From Spirochaetia bacterium (GTDB lineage Bacteria > Spirochaetota > Spirochaetia > CADAEX01): DNA of 64,000 nucleotides. Both the position numbers and the translations under genes were made by a program. Shown here one piece after another: positions 1-9,087 of the stretch. The stretch covers positions 3,234,015 through 3,298,014 of the forward strand of contig OY764868.1 in NCBI GenBank assembly GCA_963668545.1, given 5' to 3'. The notes beneath the pieces are model-generated. The model was not told the origin of the DNA, made no database searches, and saw nothing but the letters and a program-made list of their open reading frames with translations. Positions within the stretch are counted from its first letter, which is position 1; each line of letters starts with the position of its first letter.

Positions 1-110
1 AGTTTAAAGCCGAGTTCACTGATCAGCCTTTCAGATGTCAAAGCACCCTCTCTGCAGTTAAGCAGGACCTTGACTTCCAGTGGATGCAGGTTTTTGATGT
101 CCAGATCCAT
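1..110 (-). CDS. 5'-partial CDS; N-terminus (MDLDIKNLHPLEVKVLLNCREGALTSERLISELGFK) resembles the winged-helix N-terminus of archaeal/spirochete-type PheS; product uncertain
   Basis: Open minus-strand frame from the ATG at 110 to the window edge. GGAG is 6 nt upstream of the ATG on the minus strand. Confidence 0.3.
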   Translation of the reverse strand, partial: MDLDIKNLHPLEVKVLLNCREGALTSERLISELGFK

Positions 111-417
111 GTCTATCTCCTATCTAATTTTATTGCTCCGGTATATTCCCGGAAGACCCTCCGGAGGGAGGGCTGAAACCTCTGACCCAATTATCAGTTA
201 AAGGTTTCTTTAAGACCCTGTTAAGGGTACGGAAGCAGGTGTTCATTCAATGAACAGGAAAAAGCGCTTCCTGAAAATATGGAAAACAGGGCTGTACCTG
301 TTTAAAATCAAAAATATTCTGCCGGAATCAGCGTTATTCCGGCATCTGGAGAATTATTTCTCTTATGGATATTTTCTGTTCAAATTATGCATAAAAAAGG
401 GGAGAAATACTATATCT

Positions 418-1638
418 TTATGCAGAAAAACCCGGTACACATTTCTGTGCAACCGCCCTGAGAAAAAGCCCCACATCACTTACAATACCCACAGCCTGGC
501 TTGACCCCCTGTCTGCAAGCTTTGTAACAACAGCCGGATTAATATCAATGCAGACTGTTTTTACTTCGGACGGCATCATATTGCCTGTTCCGATAGCATG
601 CAGCATTGTTGAAAGCATGATAACCATGGATGCATTCTTTATTATATCAGCATACTGCTTCTGGGCATCTATCATATCTGTTACTGTTTCAGGAAGAGGA
701 CCGTCATCCCTTATGGAACCTGCAAGGCAGTAGGGAATTCCTGACTTTACAACTTCATACATAACCCCCCTGTCGAGGGCCCCGGCTTCAACTGCATTCG
801 CAATAGACCCGTATGTGTTTATCCTGTTTATAGTTCTCATATGGTTTTTGTGACCTTCGCGGGTAGGTTTTCCCGATTTCTGGCATACTCCAAGAGATGT
901 TCCGAAAAAAACAGATTCCATGTCATGTACTGCAATAGCATTTCCCGCAAGAAAACCGCCAATAAATCCTTCCTTTATAAGTGCGGCAAGGGCAGAGGCT
1001 CCCCCTGAGTGGACAACAACCGGCCCTGCAACAACAACAACCTTTTCCCCGTTCTCCTTCATTTTGAGAATTTCATCTGCTATCTTGGTGACTGTGCAGT
1101 CTGCCGACCTTTCAGAAGAGACATCTCCTGACATAAATCCGAAATCCTCCCCTTCCCTGTCTCTTGCAGGGGGAAATACCCTTACTGAATCGGAAAGACA
1201 CAGCACTTTGTCTCCCTTTTTCACATCCCTGAGCTTGATACATTCAAAGCTGTTTTCATAAAGCACAATTACAGCATCCATTCTCTGATTGTTAACAGGA
1301 TGCCACTTTTTCTCATGGTATACTTCTGTCCTGTGGTTGGTTGTTGAATAAAAATCTTCAGGAACACATTTATCCTTCTCCGCTGTCCTGAAAACAGCAT
1401 CGGGGGTATTTTTTTCATAGCAGCCGAGAGGAATCAGTTTTGAAGTCATTTCAGAAATTTTTTCCTCATTTTCAGCTAACAGATCTATCTCAAGATGTGA
1501 TTCCCTGGCATTTGTCTTTCCCACCTGAAAGCCTATTATCTCATAATCAGCGCCCTCTTCAATAATCATGTTGAGGATCTGCGCAAGCATTCCTGAGTCA
1601 ATAAGATGTCCGTCTGAAACAAATCTTCTCTTTTTCAT
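418..1638 (-). CDS. LOR/SDH-like, TIGR00300-family protein (ornithine cyclodeaminase / arginine-dihydrolase-type fold)
   Basis: 406-aa ORF. Conserved blocks GPVVVHSGG, AGSIRDDGPLPE and NMMPSEVKT recalled from the TIGR00300 family. Confidence 0.5.
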   Translation of the reverse strand: MKKRRFVSDGHLIDSGMLAQILNMIIEEGADYEIIGFQVGKTNARESHLEIDLLAENEEKISEMTSKLIPLGCYEKNTPDAVFRTAEKDKCVPEDFYSTTNHRTEVYHEKKWHPVNNQRMDAVIVLYENSFECIKLRDVKKGDKVLCLSDSVRVFPPARDREGEDFGFMSGDVSSERSADCTVTKIADEILKMKENGEKVVVVAGPVVVHSGGASALAALIKEGFIGGFLAGNAIAVHDMESVFFGTSLGVCQKSGKPTREGHKNHMRTINRINTYGSIANAVEAGALDRGVMYEVVKSGIPYCLAGSIRDDGPLPETVTDMIDAQKQYADIIKNASMVIMLSTMLHAIGTGNMMPSEVKTVCIDINPAVVTKLADRGSSQAVGIVSDVGLFLRAVAQKCVPGFSA

Positions 1639-1680
1639 ACAACTCCCCGGTTAATATCGCTGTCAAACAGCTTTGCAGTT

Positions 1681-3819
1681 TTATTTTTTTCTCATTATCC
1701 AGCATCTGTGGATTGTCCTGTTCCGGCTGAAATCAGCAGACACAGTTTTTTCGGTAATATCCTCTATTAAAAATTCATTTTGAAGTTTCTCATCCATTTT
1801 AAACTTTTTATAGTTATTAGAAAATATTATTTCACCCTTATTTGCAAGCCTTTTTCCTGCACTGACAAGCATTTCTGCGTGGTCCCTCTGTATATCAAAA
1901 TCATTTTCCCTGCTTTTGGAATTTGAAAATGTGGGGGGATCTATGAAAATAAGGTCGAATTTTTCTTTCCCCTTTTCAAGGTATTCAATTGAATCCTGTT
2001 TCTGGAAAAAAGTGTTCTCAAGAGAAATCCTGTTCAGCTGGAAATTTTTTATCCCCCATTCAAGGTACCCCGATGATGTATCCACACTGACAGTCCTTGA
2101 TGCACCGCCTGCTGCCGCATATACAGAAGCTGTGCATGTGTATGCAAAGAGGTTCAGAAAGCTTTTTCCTGAAGACTTTTCCCTGATTATGTTTCTGACA
2201 ATCCTGTGGTCCAGAAAAATTCCCGTATCAAGGTAATCCCTGAAATTCACATAAAAAGAGAGGCCCCCCTCATTCATGACCTCAAACTCTCCAGAGCTGT
2301 CAAGCCTGATATACTGGGATGAGGATCTCTGCCTCTTTCTCTGTCTGATAAAGATTTTATCCCTTTCAATATCCAGAACAGATGATAGTTTTTTGACCAT
2401 ATCCATAAGGCGCTTCTCAGCCTTTCCGGCAGGGATCTCTTTCGGAGGCTGGTATTCCTGCAGATATACAAACTGGTTTTCATAAAGGTCAACTGCGGCT
2501 GAATATTCAGGTATATCTGCATCGTATATGCGGAAACTGGAAACTCCCTCTTTTCCGGCCCATTTCCTTACAGTTTTAAGGTTTTTTCTCAAGCGGTTTT
2601 CAAAAACAACAGAACCTTTTGTATTGTCCTTCTCCTCCCTGCTCTCCTTCCTGTAACTGCTGTCAAGTTCAAATACTGAGGCAGTACATTTGATCGGGCC
2701 GTTGTATACAGTGTTGACCCGGGAAGGTTTGAGCCCGAATTTTCTAGAAAGCTCCCCTTCTCCTGTTATGACAGTTGCTTTCCATCCGTCAAATGATTCC
2801 CTGAGTATCTCCCCTGTCTGCCTGTACAGGTTTTTAAGTGCTTCGACCTCTCCAAGACGTTCCCCGTAGGGGGGATTGAACGCAATCAGCCCTTTCTTGC
2901 TCCTGTTTCTGTAGTTCTCAGGTAATTTGAGAATATCCCCCTGCTTTACTGTTATCCAGCGGGTGAGATTGAGGTTTTCAATATTGGCACGGGATGCCCT
3001 GACCGCTTTCATATTGAGGTCATAGCCGGTAAACCTGCATTTTGAGAGCATATCCATGGAGGATGCGTTCTCCGCTGTCTTTTTAAGGTTTTCCCATTCT
3101 TCTTCATTGAAAATGCTGAAATTCCTGAAACAGAAATAATCCCTTTTCAGGGAAGGGGCAATATTTGCAGCAATAAACGCGGCTTCAATCAGGAATGTAC
3201 CGCTTCCGCACATCGGATCGAGAAATGCAGAGCCATGAAGAGACATTTCATCCCAACCGCTTCGCAACAGTATACCGGCTGCAACATTTTCCTTTATGGG
3301 CGCCTCTGTCCTTTCTATCCTGTAGCCTCTCTGGTGAAGGCTGTTTCCTGACATATCAAGGCTTAAAACTGCCTGATCTTTTTCTGCAAAGAGGTTTATC
3401 CTGATATCAGGATGGTCCTTGCTTACGGAAGGTCTCTCTTCTGTCTTTTTTCTGAAATAGTCTGCTATTCCGTCCTTAACAAGGAGAGAGAGGTATGATG
3501 AATTCCGGAATTTCGAGGAAACAGTTGTTGTATCGATCAAAATACTCTTGTCAGGGGAAAACCATCGGTCCCATTCAGTTTCAAGGACTGCGTTGTAGAT
3601 ATCCTTCTCTTCTTCAGCCTCAAAAACTTTGAGCTGAAGAAGAAGCCTTCCCCCCAGCCTTGTCCAGAGGCAGACATTCATCCCCTCTTCAAAGGAAGCA
3701 TTAAAATATACTCCCCCCCTGCTTTCAGATGCAGTAAAAATACCCAGAGTCTCAAGTTCCCTGACAAGGAGATTTTCAAATCCCCCGGGGCAGGTCATAA
3801 AGTATCTGTATTCAGCCAT
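1681..3819 (-). CDS. rlmL: 23S rRNA (m2G2445/m7G2069) methyltransferase RlmKL
   Basis: 712 aa. N-terminal THUMP plus SAM-methyltransferase (DPMCGSGTFLIEAA, NPPYGERL), then a second C-terminal methyltransferase domain. Confidence 0.8.
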   Translation of the reverse strand: MAEYRYFMTCPGGFENLLVRELETLGIFTASESRGGVYFNASFEEGMNVCLWTRLGGRLLLQLKVFEAEEEKDIYNAVLETEWDRWFSPDKSILIDTTTVSSKFRNSSYLSLLVKDGIADYFRKKTEERPSVSKDHPDIRINLFAEKDQAVLSLDMSGNSLHQRGYRIERTEAPIKENVAAGILLRSGWDEMSLHGSAFLDPMCGSGTFLIEAAFIAANIAPSLKRDYFCFRNFSIFNEEEWENLKKTAENASSMDMLSKCRFTGYDLNMKAVRASRANIENLNLTRWITVKQGDILKLPENYRNRSKKGLIAFNPPYGERLGEVEALKNLYRQTGEILRESFDGWKATVITGEGELSRKFGLKPSRVNTVYNGPIKCTASVFELDSSYRKESREEKDNTKGSVVFENRLRKNLKTVRKWAGKEGVSSFRIYDADIPEYSAAVDLYENQFVYLQEYQPPKEIPAGKAEKRLMDMVKKLSSVLDIERDKIFIRQRKRQRSSSQYIRLDSSGEFEVMNEGGLSFYVNFRDYLDTGIFLDHRIVRNIIREKSSGKSFLNLFAYTCTASVYAAAGGASRTVSVDTSSGYLEWGIKNFQLNRISLENTFFQKQDSIEYLEKGKEKFDLIFIDPPTFSNSKSRENDFDIQRDHAEMLVSAGKRLANKGEIIFSNNYKKFKMDEKLQNEFLIEDITEKTVSADFSRNRTIHRCWIMRKK

Positions 3820-3849
3820 GTAAATTCTTCTTCATATCTATTGAAAGCA

Positions 3850-4959
3850 TCATACATTGAATCGGAAATGCATTATATCCCCGTCTTTCACAACATATTC
3901 CTTGCCTTCTATTCTCAGTTTACCGGCGCTTTTCACACTCTGCTCAGAACCGTACTGGAGCAGGTCATCATAGTGAAAAACTTCAGCCTTGATAAATCCC
4001 TTTTCAAAATCAGTATGTATTACAGCTGCAGCACGGGGAGCTTTGTCCCCCTCATGGAATGTCCATGCCCTTACCTCAGGTTCCCCTGCTGTAAAATAGG
4101 TTCGGAGGCCGAGAAGCTGATACCCTGCATGGATAAGCTTTACAAGCCCCGACTCTTCAAGACCGGCATCGCTCAGGAATTCATCCTTTTCTTCCTGTGT
4201 CTCGAAAGATGCAATCTCAGCCTCAAGCTTACCGCAGATTGCTATGGCCTGAGAACCTTCCTCTTCGGCGAGTTTCTGAACCTGTTCCACATAGCTGTTT
4301 CCGCTTACAACACTCTCCTCATCTACATTGCAGACATAAAGCTGCTTCTTCATTGTAATGAGGTGAAGGTCCCTGAGAAGAAGCATCTGGTCATCATTAA
4401 GATCAAGGGTCCTTGCAGGTTTTCCCTCACCCAGGACAGCTGTCAGCCTTTCAAGGAGTTCCATCAGCTGTTTCCCCTCTTTTGCAGATTCCTTGCTGAG
4501 GCTTTTCATCTGTTTTTCAGTTTTCACCCTTCTTTTCTCAACAGTTTCAAGATCTGCAAGAGCAAGCTCAATATTGATTGTCTCTATATCCGAGAGGGGG
4601 TCGATTGTTCCGCTGACATGTGTGATATCATCATCTTCAAAACATCTTACAACCTGGACAATAACACCCACCTGCCTTATATGTGAGAGGAATTTGTTTC
4701 CCAGTCCCTCACCCTTTGAAGCCCCTTTGACAAGCCCCGCAATATCAACAAATTCAACAACAGCAGGGACTGTTTTTTTAGGTGAATAGATTTCAGTGAT
4801 TTTATCAAGTCTTCTGTCAGGGACGCTTACCATCCCGACATTAGGTTCTATCGTACAAAAAGGATAATTGGCAGCTTCCGCAGGGGCGGAAGTGATTGCC
4901 TGAAAGATTGTGGATTTCCCTACATTGGGAAGCCCTACTATGCCGCAGTTAAGACCCAT
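3850..4959 (-). CDS. ychF: ribosome-binding ATPase YchF
   Basis: N-terminal GIVGLPNVGKST P-loop, 369 aa, and a C-terminal TGS-like region. Confidence 0.9.
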   Translation of the reverse strand: MGLNCGIVGLPNVGKSTIFQAITSAPAEAANYPFCTIEPNVGMVSVPDRRLDKITEIYSPKKTVPAVVEFVDIAGLVKGASKGEGLGNKFLSHIRQVGVIVQVVRCFEDDDITHVSGTIDPLSDIETINIELALADLETVEKRRVKTEKQMKSLSKESAKEGKQLMELLERLTAVLGEGKPARTLDLNDDQMLLLRDLHLITMKKQLYVCNVDEESVVSGNSYVEQVQKLAEEEGSQAIAICGKLEAEIASFETQEEKDEFLSDAGLEESGLVKLIHAGYQLLGLRTYFTAGEPEVRAWTFHEGDKAPRAAAVIHTDFEKGFIKAEVFHYDDLLQYGSEQSVKSAGKLRIEGKEYVVKDGDIMHFRFNV

Positions 4960-5077
4960 TTATTTAATTCTCCAGTTATTGTTTTTATAAGAATAATTCA
5001 AGTATATATCTTATTTTAACGAGTTTCTACAATTCAGGTATGCTATTAAAAGGAGGATAAAAGGTCAATATGGAGGA

Positions 5078-5590
5078 TTATTCCGTATTTTTCAGAATCA
5101 GCACTTCAGAAAAACCTTCACGTTTTTCAGGCAGTACAGTTCTTGCAGATAGGTTCGCAATAAGGCTTTCAGGGACCTTGTCAGATTCCTCCCGCTCCCT
5201 GTTTCTTTCCATGCATAATGAAAGATCTGTATTGACAAAAACCGCTGCAATGGATTTTTTCATTTTTGAGGCTGTATTTATATAATCAATTCTTGATTTC
5301 TCTGAAACACTGATATTGTCGATAAGAATTTTTTCACCATTGAAAAGAAGATGTTCAATTATCTTTTTTTCAATATATTTTACAAGAAGCTCTTCATTTT
5401 CACAGAACATATCCTCCGACCATTTCTCGTTAAAGCTGAACATTTCATAGAGGTGTTTCCGGATTTCCTTTCTGTTTATCCTTTTTCTTCCGGATTTTTT
5501 GAAATATTTTCTGGCAAAATGGGATTTCCCTGAACCGGGAAGTCCGCAGACAAGAATAATATCGTTTTTTCTCAGTTGTTCAATTGTCAT
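5078..5590 (-). CDS. P-loop (AAA_33/zeta-toxin-like) nucleotide/polynucleotide kinase family protein
   Basis: Walker A VCGLPGSGKSHFA at the N-terminus; 170 aa. Confidence 0.5.
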   Translation of the reverse strand: MTIEQLRKNDIILVCGLPGSGKSHFARKYFKKSGRKRINRKEIRKHLYEMFSFNEKWSEDMFCENEELLVKYIEKKIIEHLLFNGEKILIDNISVSEKSRIDYINTASKMKKSIAAVFVNTDLSLCMERNREREESDKVPESLIANLSARTVLPEKREGFSEVLILKNTE

Positions 5591-5706
5591 GAAAACTGCC
5601 TCCGTTATAATGCACTGTAATCAAGACGGAAAAAGCATGCTGCTACATTAATATCGGTATATAACAATTATTTCTGTACTGAACAGTTAATAAACAGGCT
5701 TTTTCA

Positions 5707-6840
5707 TTACTGGAGAAGAGATACCTTTCTCCCATTATCCCTGAGACAGTTCTGCATATAGCTGTTGTCAAGCTCAAGCTGGGATGAAATTTCCCTGAGC
5801 TGCTGTTCTGTGACAAGGTTCTGTTCTGCAAAGAGATACATGAGAGCTTTTTCAGCAATATACTCAACATTAAGTGCATTCATGTTAATTACATCGCCAT
5901 CCATATCATCCACATACTTTTTATGAAAAAGGCTGAAAAGCTCGGATTTTTTTATATCGCTTCTTATATTCAGGAGTTCATCCCTGAGCGGTCCGATATT
6001 CCCCTCTCCCGCTTTCTGTCCCAGAGGCTTCAGTATCAGGTATGTGTATTCCTTTCCGGGAAGATAATGGTGTTCATCACACCTTGTGCAGTAGTTGGGA
6101 TCAATAGAGCCCTCCCCTTCACTGTCCCCCCCGATTACAATAAGGGGATCAAAATAGAGTGCAGGGCATTCTTTTCCATCTATCATGTAATATCTGTAGG
6201 TATAGAATGAATCAATCATGCAGTCAGGATGTTCGCAGTATGCGGTAAGAGAAAACAGGTCAGTGCTGTTTTCAAGAAGAAGCTGGGCTGTGGAATTAAA
6301 AATATCTTTTCTGAAATTCAGTATCAGTGTAGGGAAAATAAATACAAGGCCCCTCTCTTCAGATTCCCTCTTGATTATATATGCAAGGCGTTCATCATAG
6401 AATGTAGCTTCATCAATTATCCATGTTCCGCATTCAGGGTTTTCCCTGATTACTTTTTCAAGGTCAAAGGAATCCCTTATCACAGCAATATTCTTCCCGC
6501 ACCTCTCAAAGCCGCCTCTGAACGCAAGTGCATCATCCGGGTAATCAGGAAAGCGTTTTTTATCAAGCATTGTCCGTACAAAAAAGACATTCCGCCTGTC
6601 AGCATCAAATAAAGTTGTCATTGCAGCAACCTGATATGATTTTTTCTTTATAACACGGGAATCTCTCCACACCCTGGAGGAATATTCTGTCTTGCCCGAT
6701 CCCATGGGACCTATCACAAGAATCCTCCTGCAGGGCTTTGAAAAATCAAAATGATTAAAGGAATGATGTATCTTGAGCTGGGGAAATCCCAGACTTTTCA
6801 TAAAACTGATATTTTCAATGCTGTTTACCATGAAAGACAT
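5707..6840 (-). CDS. thymidine-kinase-like protein with ~100-aa C-terminal extension
   Basis: VIGPMGSGKTE Walker A, IIDEATFYD (the TK 'IDEAQFF' block), and a Cys zinc-ribbon (CEHPDC...CTRCDEHHY) as in TK. At 377 aa it is about 180 aa longer than TK. Confidence 0.45.
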   Translation of the reverse strand: MSFMVNSIENISFMKSLGFPQLKIHHSFNHFDFSKPCRRILVIGPMGSGKTEYSSRVWRDSRVIKKKSYQVAAMTTLFDADRRNVFFVRTMLDKKRFPDYPDDALAFRGGFERCGKNIAVIRDSFDLEKVIRENPECGTWIIDEATFYDERLAYIIKRESEERGLVFIFPTLILNFRKDIFNSTAQLLLENSTDLFSLTAYCEHPDCMIDSFYTYRYYMIDGKECPALYFDPLIVIGGDSEGEGSIDPNYCTRCDEHHYLPGKEYTYLILKPLGQKAGEGNIGPLRDELLNIRSDIKKSELFSLFHKKYVDDMDGDVINMNALNVEYIAEKALMYLFAEQNLVTEQQLREISSQLELDNSYMQNCLRDNGRKVSLLQ

Positions 6841-7001
6841 TATAGCAAAACAATACGGATTTTACCTGATATTTTTAAAATAATTTAAATCTTGAACCTG
6901 CATGAATGACTGTCTTCAGCTGATTTTTTATTAAATAAGTGCAATAATGCTCACAATGTTTCCTGAAATTGAAATAAGAAACAGAATATGGAGCTTATTA
7001 T

Positions 7002-7511
7002 ATGAATATTATTCCTGATAATGTGGATGAGGTGGACTGGGGAAACTGGGTCCCGGAAGAAAAAGCCGTAATAGTATACATAAAGGTAAATAACAACCTC
7101 ATACTTATACATAAGAAAACAGGGCTTGGAGCAGGTAAGGTCAACGCGCCGGGGGGGCGTATTGAAAAGGGGGAAACTCCCGAAGAAGCAGCTGTGAGGG
7201 AATGCAGGGAGGAGATCGGGGTAACTCCCGTTGGAATCAAAAGGGGGGCAGAGCTTTCCTTTATTTTCAAGGACGGATATTCCCTTTTCGGGCATGTTTT
7301 TCTGGCTGAAGGATATGACGGTAATCTTAAGGAAACAGATGAAGCAGATCCCTTTTTATGTCCTCTCGACAAAATACCATATGAAAAAATGTGGGAAGAT
7401 GATATTTACTGGCTGCCTGAAGCTCTTGACGGGAATTTCACACAGGGCTGGTTTATATTTGATTCAGACAGGATGCTGAGCAAAAAAATTACTGTACACA
7501 GGGGAAAATAA
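7002..7511 (+). CDS. NUDIX hydrolase
   Basis: Nudix box GGRIEKGETPEEAAVRECREEIGV. Confidence 0.8.
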   Translation: MNIIPDNVDEVDWGNWVPEEKAVIVYIKVNNNLILIHKKTGLGAGKVNAPGGRIEKGETPEEAAVRECREEIGVTPVGIKRGAELSFIFKDGYSLFGHVFLAEGYDGNLKETDEADPFLCPLDKIPYEKMWEDDIYWLPEALDGNFTQGWFIFDSDRMLSKKITVHRGK

Positions 7512-7560
7512 TCAGTATTTTGACTATACTGTGATATAATCGACACACTTAAAAACTGAT

Positions 7561-8550
7561 ATGAAATACAAAGTTTTAATTGCTGATGACAGCGCAACAG
7601 TCAGACTTGTTCTCGAAAAAGCACTCGGGCAGTGGGGATACGAAGTAATATCGTGCAAGGATGGAGAAACAGCCCTCAGCTATCTTCTTTCAGATAATGC
7701 CCCCAGAATAGCAATCCTGGACTGGGTAATGCCCGGATTGAGCGGGGTGGATATCTGCAGACAGCTTAAAGGATGCGGAAAATTCATATACACAATACTT
7801 CTCACTTCAAAAACAGAAAGGGATGACCTTGAGCTTGCAATAGATTCAGGAGCCTATAATTTTCTCTCAAAACCTGTACCCCTCGGGGTTCTCCGTCGTT
7901 TTATCGATGTAGGGATGAGAATAATCGGGGATGAGGAAAAACTCAGAAGGCATGAAAGAAACATAAGAATAAAATGCTATAAAGCAATAGCAGATCTGGC
8001 CGAGACCAGGGACAATGAAACAGGGATGCACCTCAACAGAATAAGCAGATATTCAACAATACTTGCAGGAAAAATCGGGGCGGATGATGAATTTATTGAA
8101 AACATAAGCATCTTTTCCCCTCTCCATGATATAGGAAAGGTAGGTATCCCTGACGGTATACTTCTTGCACAGAGAAATATCAGCAGCACAGAATTCGAGC
8201 TGATTAAGAACCATACAGTCCTGGGGGACAGGATACTCAGACCGGTCCCCACAATGGAAATGGCAGCAGATATTGCCCGCTACCATCATGAGAAATGGGA
8301 TGGAACAGGATACCCTGACGGCCTGAAAGGGGAAGATATTCCTCTTGCAGCAAGAATTGTCGGGCTTGTCGATGTTTTTGATGCTCTCAGGAGCCACAGA
8401 CCCTATAAATCCGCATGGACCTATGAAAAAGCCAGAGACCATATTCTTAAAAACAGCGGCATACAGTTTGACCCTGATCTTGTGGATATTTTCATGCTTA
8501 TTGAGGATGAAATTGCAGAGGTCAGTGAAAAATATCTGGAACTATACTGA
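7561..8550 (+). CDS. response regulator with HD-GYP c-di-GMP phosphodiesterase domain (RpfG-like)
   Basis: N-terminal REC (ADDS...D54-like) and a C-terminal HD domain with the HHEKWDGTGYP motif. Confidence 0.85.
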   Translation: MKYKVLIADDSATVRLVLEKALGQWGYEVISCKDGETALSYLLSDNAPRIAILDWVMPGLSGVDICRQLKGCGKFIYTILLTSKTERDDLELAIDSGAYNFLSKPVPLGVLRRFIDVGMRIIGDEEKLRRHERNIRIKCYKAIADLAETRDNETGMHLNRISRYSTILAGKIGADDEFIENISIFSPLHDIGKVGIPDGILLAQRNISSTEFELIKNHTVLGDRILRPVPTMEMAADIARYHHEKWDGTGYPDGLKGEDIPLAARIVGLVDVFDALRSHRPYKSAWTYEKARDHILKNSGIQFDPDLVDIFMLIEDEIAEVSEKYLELY

Positions 8551-8896
8551 TACTCCCCATTAAAAAATGATTGACTATTAAACCTCACTGATATATATTT
8601 CATTATTACCGACTTTGCGGTCGGTTTTCAGAATTTTCATATTTCATAAATAGATTTCTGCTCGAAATAGTAAATAACATAATGAATTATTATTATTCTG
8701 CAGAAAACAGAAAAAAGGGATTCCAATTACGTCTCATCGTTAAAAAAGGGAAATATGGCCCAATATTCTCTTTATTTTTGCGATTGTTGTACCGGGAATA
8801 CTTTTAAAATTATTTTCCTGTTCAACAGAAAAGAATCTTTATACAGGACTTCTACCGACTATCTGGTCGGTATTTTAATAAAAAGCGAGGTAAATT

Positions 8897-9076
8897 ATGC
8901 TTGGATTATCAGATTTTTCAGTATTTCTCTCATACAGTCTGGTTTTTCTGCTTGCCCTTACCTGTATCACTTACGGGCTCCTGAAATGGAACAGGGAAGG
9001 TGAAATAAGTGAAGAGGAAATTCAGGAAGAAAAAACATGGCTCAGGGAAGAGCTGGAAATTGAGGAAAAGGTTTAG
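8897..9076 (+). CDS. small membrane protein, putative symporter-associated subunit (YhdT/DUF4212-like)
   Basis: 59-aa ORF just under the 60-aa cutoff of the ORF track. It has one TM helix, then an acidic tail. It ends 12 nt before the symporter start (GGAG RBS between them). Confidence 0.4.
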   Translation: MLGLSDFSVFLSYSLVFLLALTCITYGLLKWNREGEISEEEIQEEKTWLREELEIEEKV

Positions 9077-9087
9077 GAGAAATAATT

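Noticed and set aside
123-250. Possible T-box or leader structure upstream of the putative pheS fragment
   Set aside because: No specifier or T-box consensus could be identified by eye, and the pheS assignment itself is weak.
250-504. 84-aa plus-strand ORF upstream of and overlapping the 418-1638 gene
   Set aside because: Low-complexity composition, no RBS, and overlap with the start of a well-supported minus-strand gene; most likely a spurious intergenic frame.
1916-4789. Numerous 60-280-aa antisense ORFs inside rlmL and ychF (for example 3841-4686 +)
   Set aside because: They sit entirely within, and antisense to, strongly supported conserved genes; a codon-bias artefact of AT-rich DNA.
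8611-8880. Two similar small hairpins (ACCGACtttgcgGTCGGT at 8611 and ACCGACtatctgGTCGGT at 8857) between the HD-GYP gene and the symporter
   Set aside because: Probably a terminator plus a degenerate copy. Too short and isolated to call a repeat family or regulatory element with confidence.
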